DNA of 63,483 nt, filler included, from Basidioascus undulatus (taxonomy: Eukaryota): the NCBI GenBank assembly GCA_000826855.1. It is 10 parts of 10 records of this genome, joined end to end, with 100 filler letters (N's around TTAATTAATTAA, not from the genome) between each part and the next. Parts side by side here need not be neighbours in the genome. Positions count along the whole stretch, not along the records: positions 38,293 to 63,483 come from JTLS01000223.1; 9 more parts are not named here. One strand, 5' to 3'. The translations under genes were made by a program, and so were the position numbers. The notes below the pieces were generated by a model. That model did no database searches, had not been told where the DNA came from, and was given only the letters and a program-made list of their open reading frames with translations. Of this stretch, positions 61,301 to 63,483 are shown one piece after another (the first letter of the stretch is position 1; each line of letters starts with the position of its first letter).

Positions 61301-61663
61301 GCATTTCCAGAGGAGGGTGGGAGGGGGTTGTTTATGTCAATCCCGATGTGAAGCGATGCCCGCAGGCTTGCGAAGTAGGATGAAAGAAGCAGCCGACCGA
61401 TTTTTGCAGAGTGCGAGGTTCGCCCTCCCAGAGCGCAGCGTTGGTATAGTTCATTGCACTTTATCGTTGCGGATCGTCACTACGGCATGTCTTAAGTCCA
61501 AATGCGCCTCCCCTACTCATACAACACAGCTCTGCATAGCCCGAGAAAAAGGTGAAGCCAAAGCAAAGCTTAAAGAAAAGAAGGGGTGTGAAAGAAAAGA
61601 AACGCGACAACGAAAGCAAGCAGTCCCGACCACCCAACCCGTCCTCCTCTCCTCGTCCGCTCT

Positions 61664-63483
61664 CTATGCGGCGGTGCCGTTGACCTCCGGCGCGGGCACG
61701 GAGGGCGCCTCGGCGTTCTTGGCGGGGTTCGTGCCCGCGCTCTTGACGACCGAGTTCTTGTGGACTGCGTCGCCGAAAACCTTGGCCGAGGCCGGGTGCG
61801 GGTCGACGAACTCCTTGAGCTGGCGCTCGATCTGCTCATCGAGCACGCCAGCCGCGGCGGCGATGAGGCCGAGAAACGCGGGCGAGGGGTTGAGCGGGCG
61901 CGTGCAAAACTCGGGGTGCGCTTGCAGACCGGCGTAGAAGGGGTGGTCTGACGGCGCCCCGACAATCAGCATCTGCACGCCCTGGAATGGGTAAAACGAA
62001 GCAGAAGCAGGAAAAACGCACCCTCGATCTCAGCGACCTGCATGCGCTCGCCCTTCTCGTCCTTGCCCACGAACTTGAGGCCGCCCGCGGCCTCGATGCG
62101 CTCGACGTAGTGGGGGTTGATCTCGTAGCGGTGGCGATGGCGCTCCCAGATGGTGTCCGCGCCGCCGTAGAGCTTGCGGATCTTGGACCACTTCTCCGAG
62201 CCGGGCTGGAAGATGGTCGGGCGCAGGCCGAGCCGCATCGTGCCGCCGAGGTGCGTCTTCGAGATCTCGGGCATGAAGATGACGACATCGTCCTTGGTCT
62301 TGGGGTCGAGCTCGGACGAGTTGGCGCCTGCACACGCGACACAGATTGAGTACAAGCTCGTCGAGTGTTTGTAAGGGAGGAAGAGGGGCGTACCTTCCAG
62401 ACCTAGAACGTTGCGGCAGAACTCGATGACCGCGACCTGGAACCCGAGGCAGATACCGAGGAAGGGGACCTTCTTCTCGCGCGCCCACTTCGCCGCCAGA
62501 ATCATGCCCTCCGTTCCACGCGTGCCGAACCCGCCGGGAATCAGTATACCACTGCGACGCGGGCTGCCCATCAGTCCATGCCGACATCACCAATTGAAGT
62601 GGAGGCGGACGTACGCGGCAGAGCAGACGGTGTGCCAGGCCTCGTGGAACTTGGTCGGGTCCGTCGTCTGGGTTTCGGGCTCGAGGTTGCTCGCTTCAAC
62701 CCACTGGAGACGTCAAGCTGCGTCAGCAAACAGGAGGTCCCTTGCTAGCAAGCGAAAATGCGCACCTTGAGTTGCAGCTTGCGCCCGCAGCGCAGCGCAG
62801 CGTGCTCGAGCGACTTGATGACGGACATGTACGAGTCTTGCAGCGAGGTGTACTTGCCGACCAGGACGATAGAAACGGTGTCGAAGAGGCGGTCGTAACT
62901 GGTCGCAATGCGAATGGAGTCAGCATGCGGACATGAACGTCGCCTTATCGCCTTGCACCCCAGCACCAAGCTCAAAGAAAAGCCCTCCACAACTCACCCG
63001 ATAGTCAGGTCCTTCCACCGAGTGTGCAGCTGACGGCCGCGGTCGATCATGCGCTGGTCGAGCTTGCGCGCGCCGAGGTTCAGGCGCTTGGTGAGGTACT
63101 TGCCCAGGCCCTGCTGCTCGAGCAAAAGCGGGACATGGTAGAGGGATGCGACGTTGTGGACGGCGAGAGCCTGCTCGGGCCCGACGTGGCAGAACATCGA
63201 GATCTTGTCGGTGGTGGCCTTCTCGAGCGGCTCCTCGCAGCGGCAGGCGATCTATAGGTACCCGGAAGCGCCGAACTCATTAGCACATCCCGGGGACAGA
63301 TATTACACAGAGGGGGACGCACGAGGTCGGGAAGGAGACCGAGCCCACGCAGGTCACGCACGCTCGCCTGCGTCGGCTTCGTCTTCTGCTCGCCGTTAAT
63401 GACCGGGACGAGCGAGACGTGGATGAGGGCGAAGTTCTCAGAGCCGACACGGAACTGGAATTGGCGGAGGGCCTCGATGAAGG
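61664..63483 (-). CDS. URA7: CTP synthase, 5' part beyond window
   Basis: [14 protein letters not shown]...[40 protein letters not shown]. Confidence 0.98.

Noticed and set aside
38293..63483. Secondary-metabolite or catabolic cluster (transporter, SDR, Zn2Cys6 factor)
   Set aside because: There is no backbone enzyme, the SDR is dead, and the genes are interspersed with housekeeping loci.

Overview
This is intron-rich, GC-rich fungal (basidiomycete-type) genomic DNA. It is not one locus. Ten contigs are joined by artificial 100-nt spacers (N44-TTAATTAATTAA-N44): nine of about 4.1 kb in descending size order, then one of more than 25 kb. Gene adjacency across spacers therefore has no biological meaning. 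Manual splicing recovers apparently intact genes: a GH5 exo-glucanase, SSS1, BCD1, a TBC Rab-GAP, an ABP1-like SH3 protein, NDK1, PSY2, a DUF676 lipase, U2AF1, BET5, a PHO80-type cyclin, PRE3, RPN12, a DHHC palmitoyltransferase, a JEN1-type transporter, a 7TM protein, a DUF262 protein, an ArfGAP, a Zn2Cys6 factor, a Cys-rich microprotein and CTP synthase, plus tRNA-Lys(CTT) and tRNA-Gln(CTG). About seven accessory genes carry stops or frameshifts: BTB, MYND, an Egh16-like secreted protein, DJ-1/PfpI, two F-box genes and an SDR. The best leads are pervasive accessory-gene decay, an intact spliced DUF262 (GmrSD/ParB-Srx-like) gene, a candidate stop-generating splice switch in U2AF1, a head-to-head PRE3/RPN12 proteasome pair, 5-10 nt microexons, and a hidden 52-aa Cys/His microprotein divergent from a Zn2Cys6 factor. 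All family calls come from recalled motifs and no database search was run.
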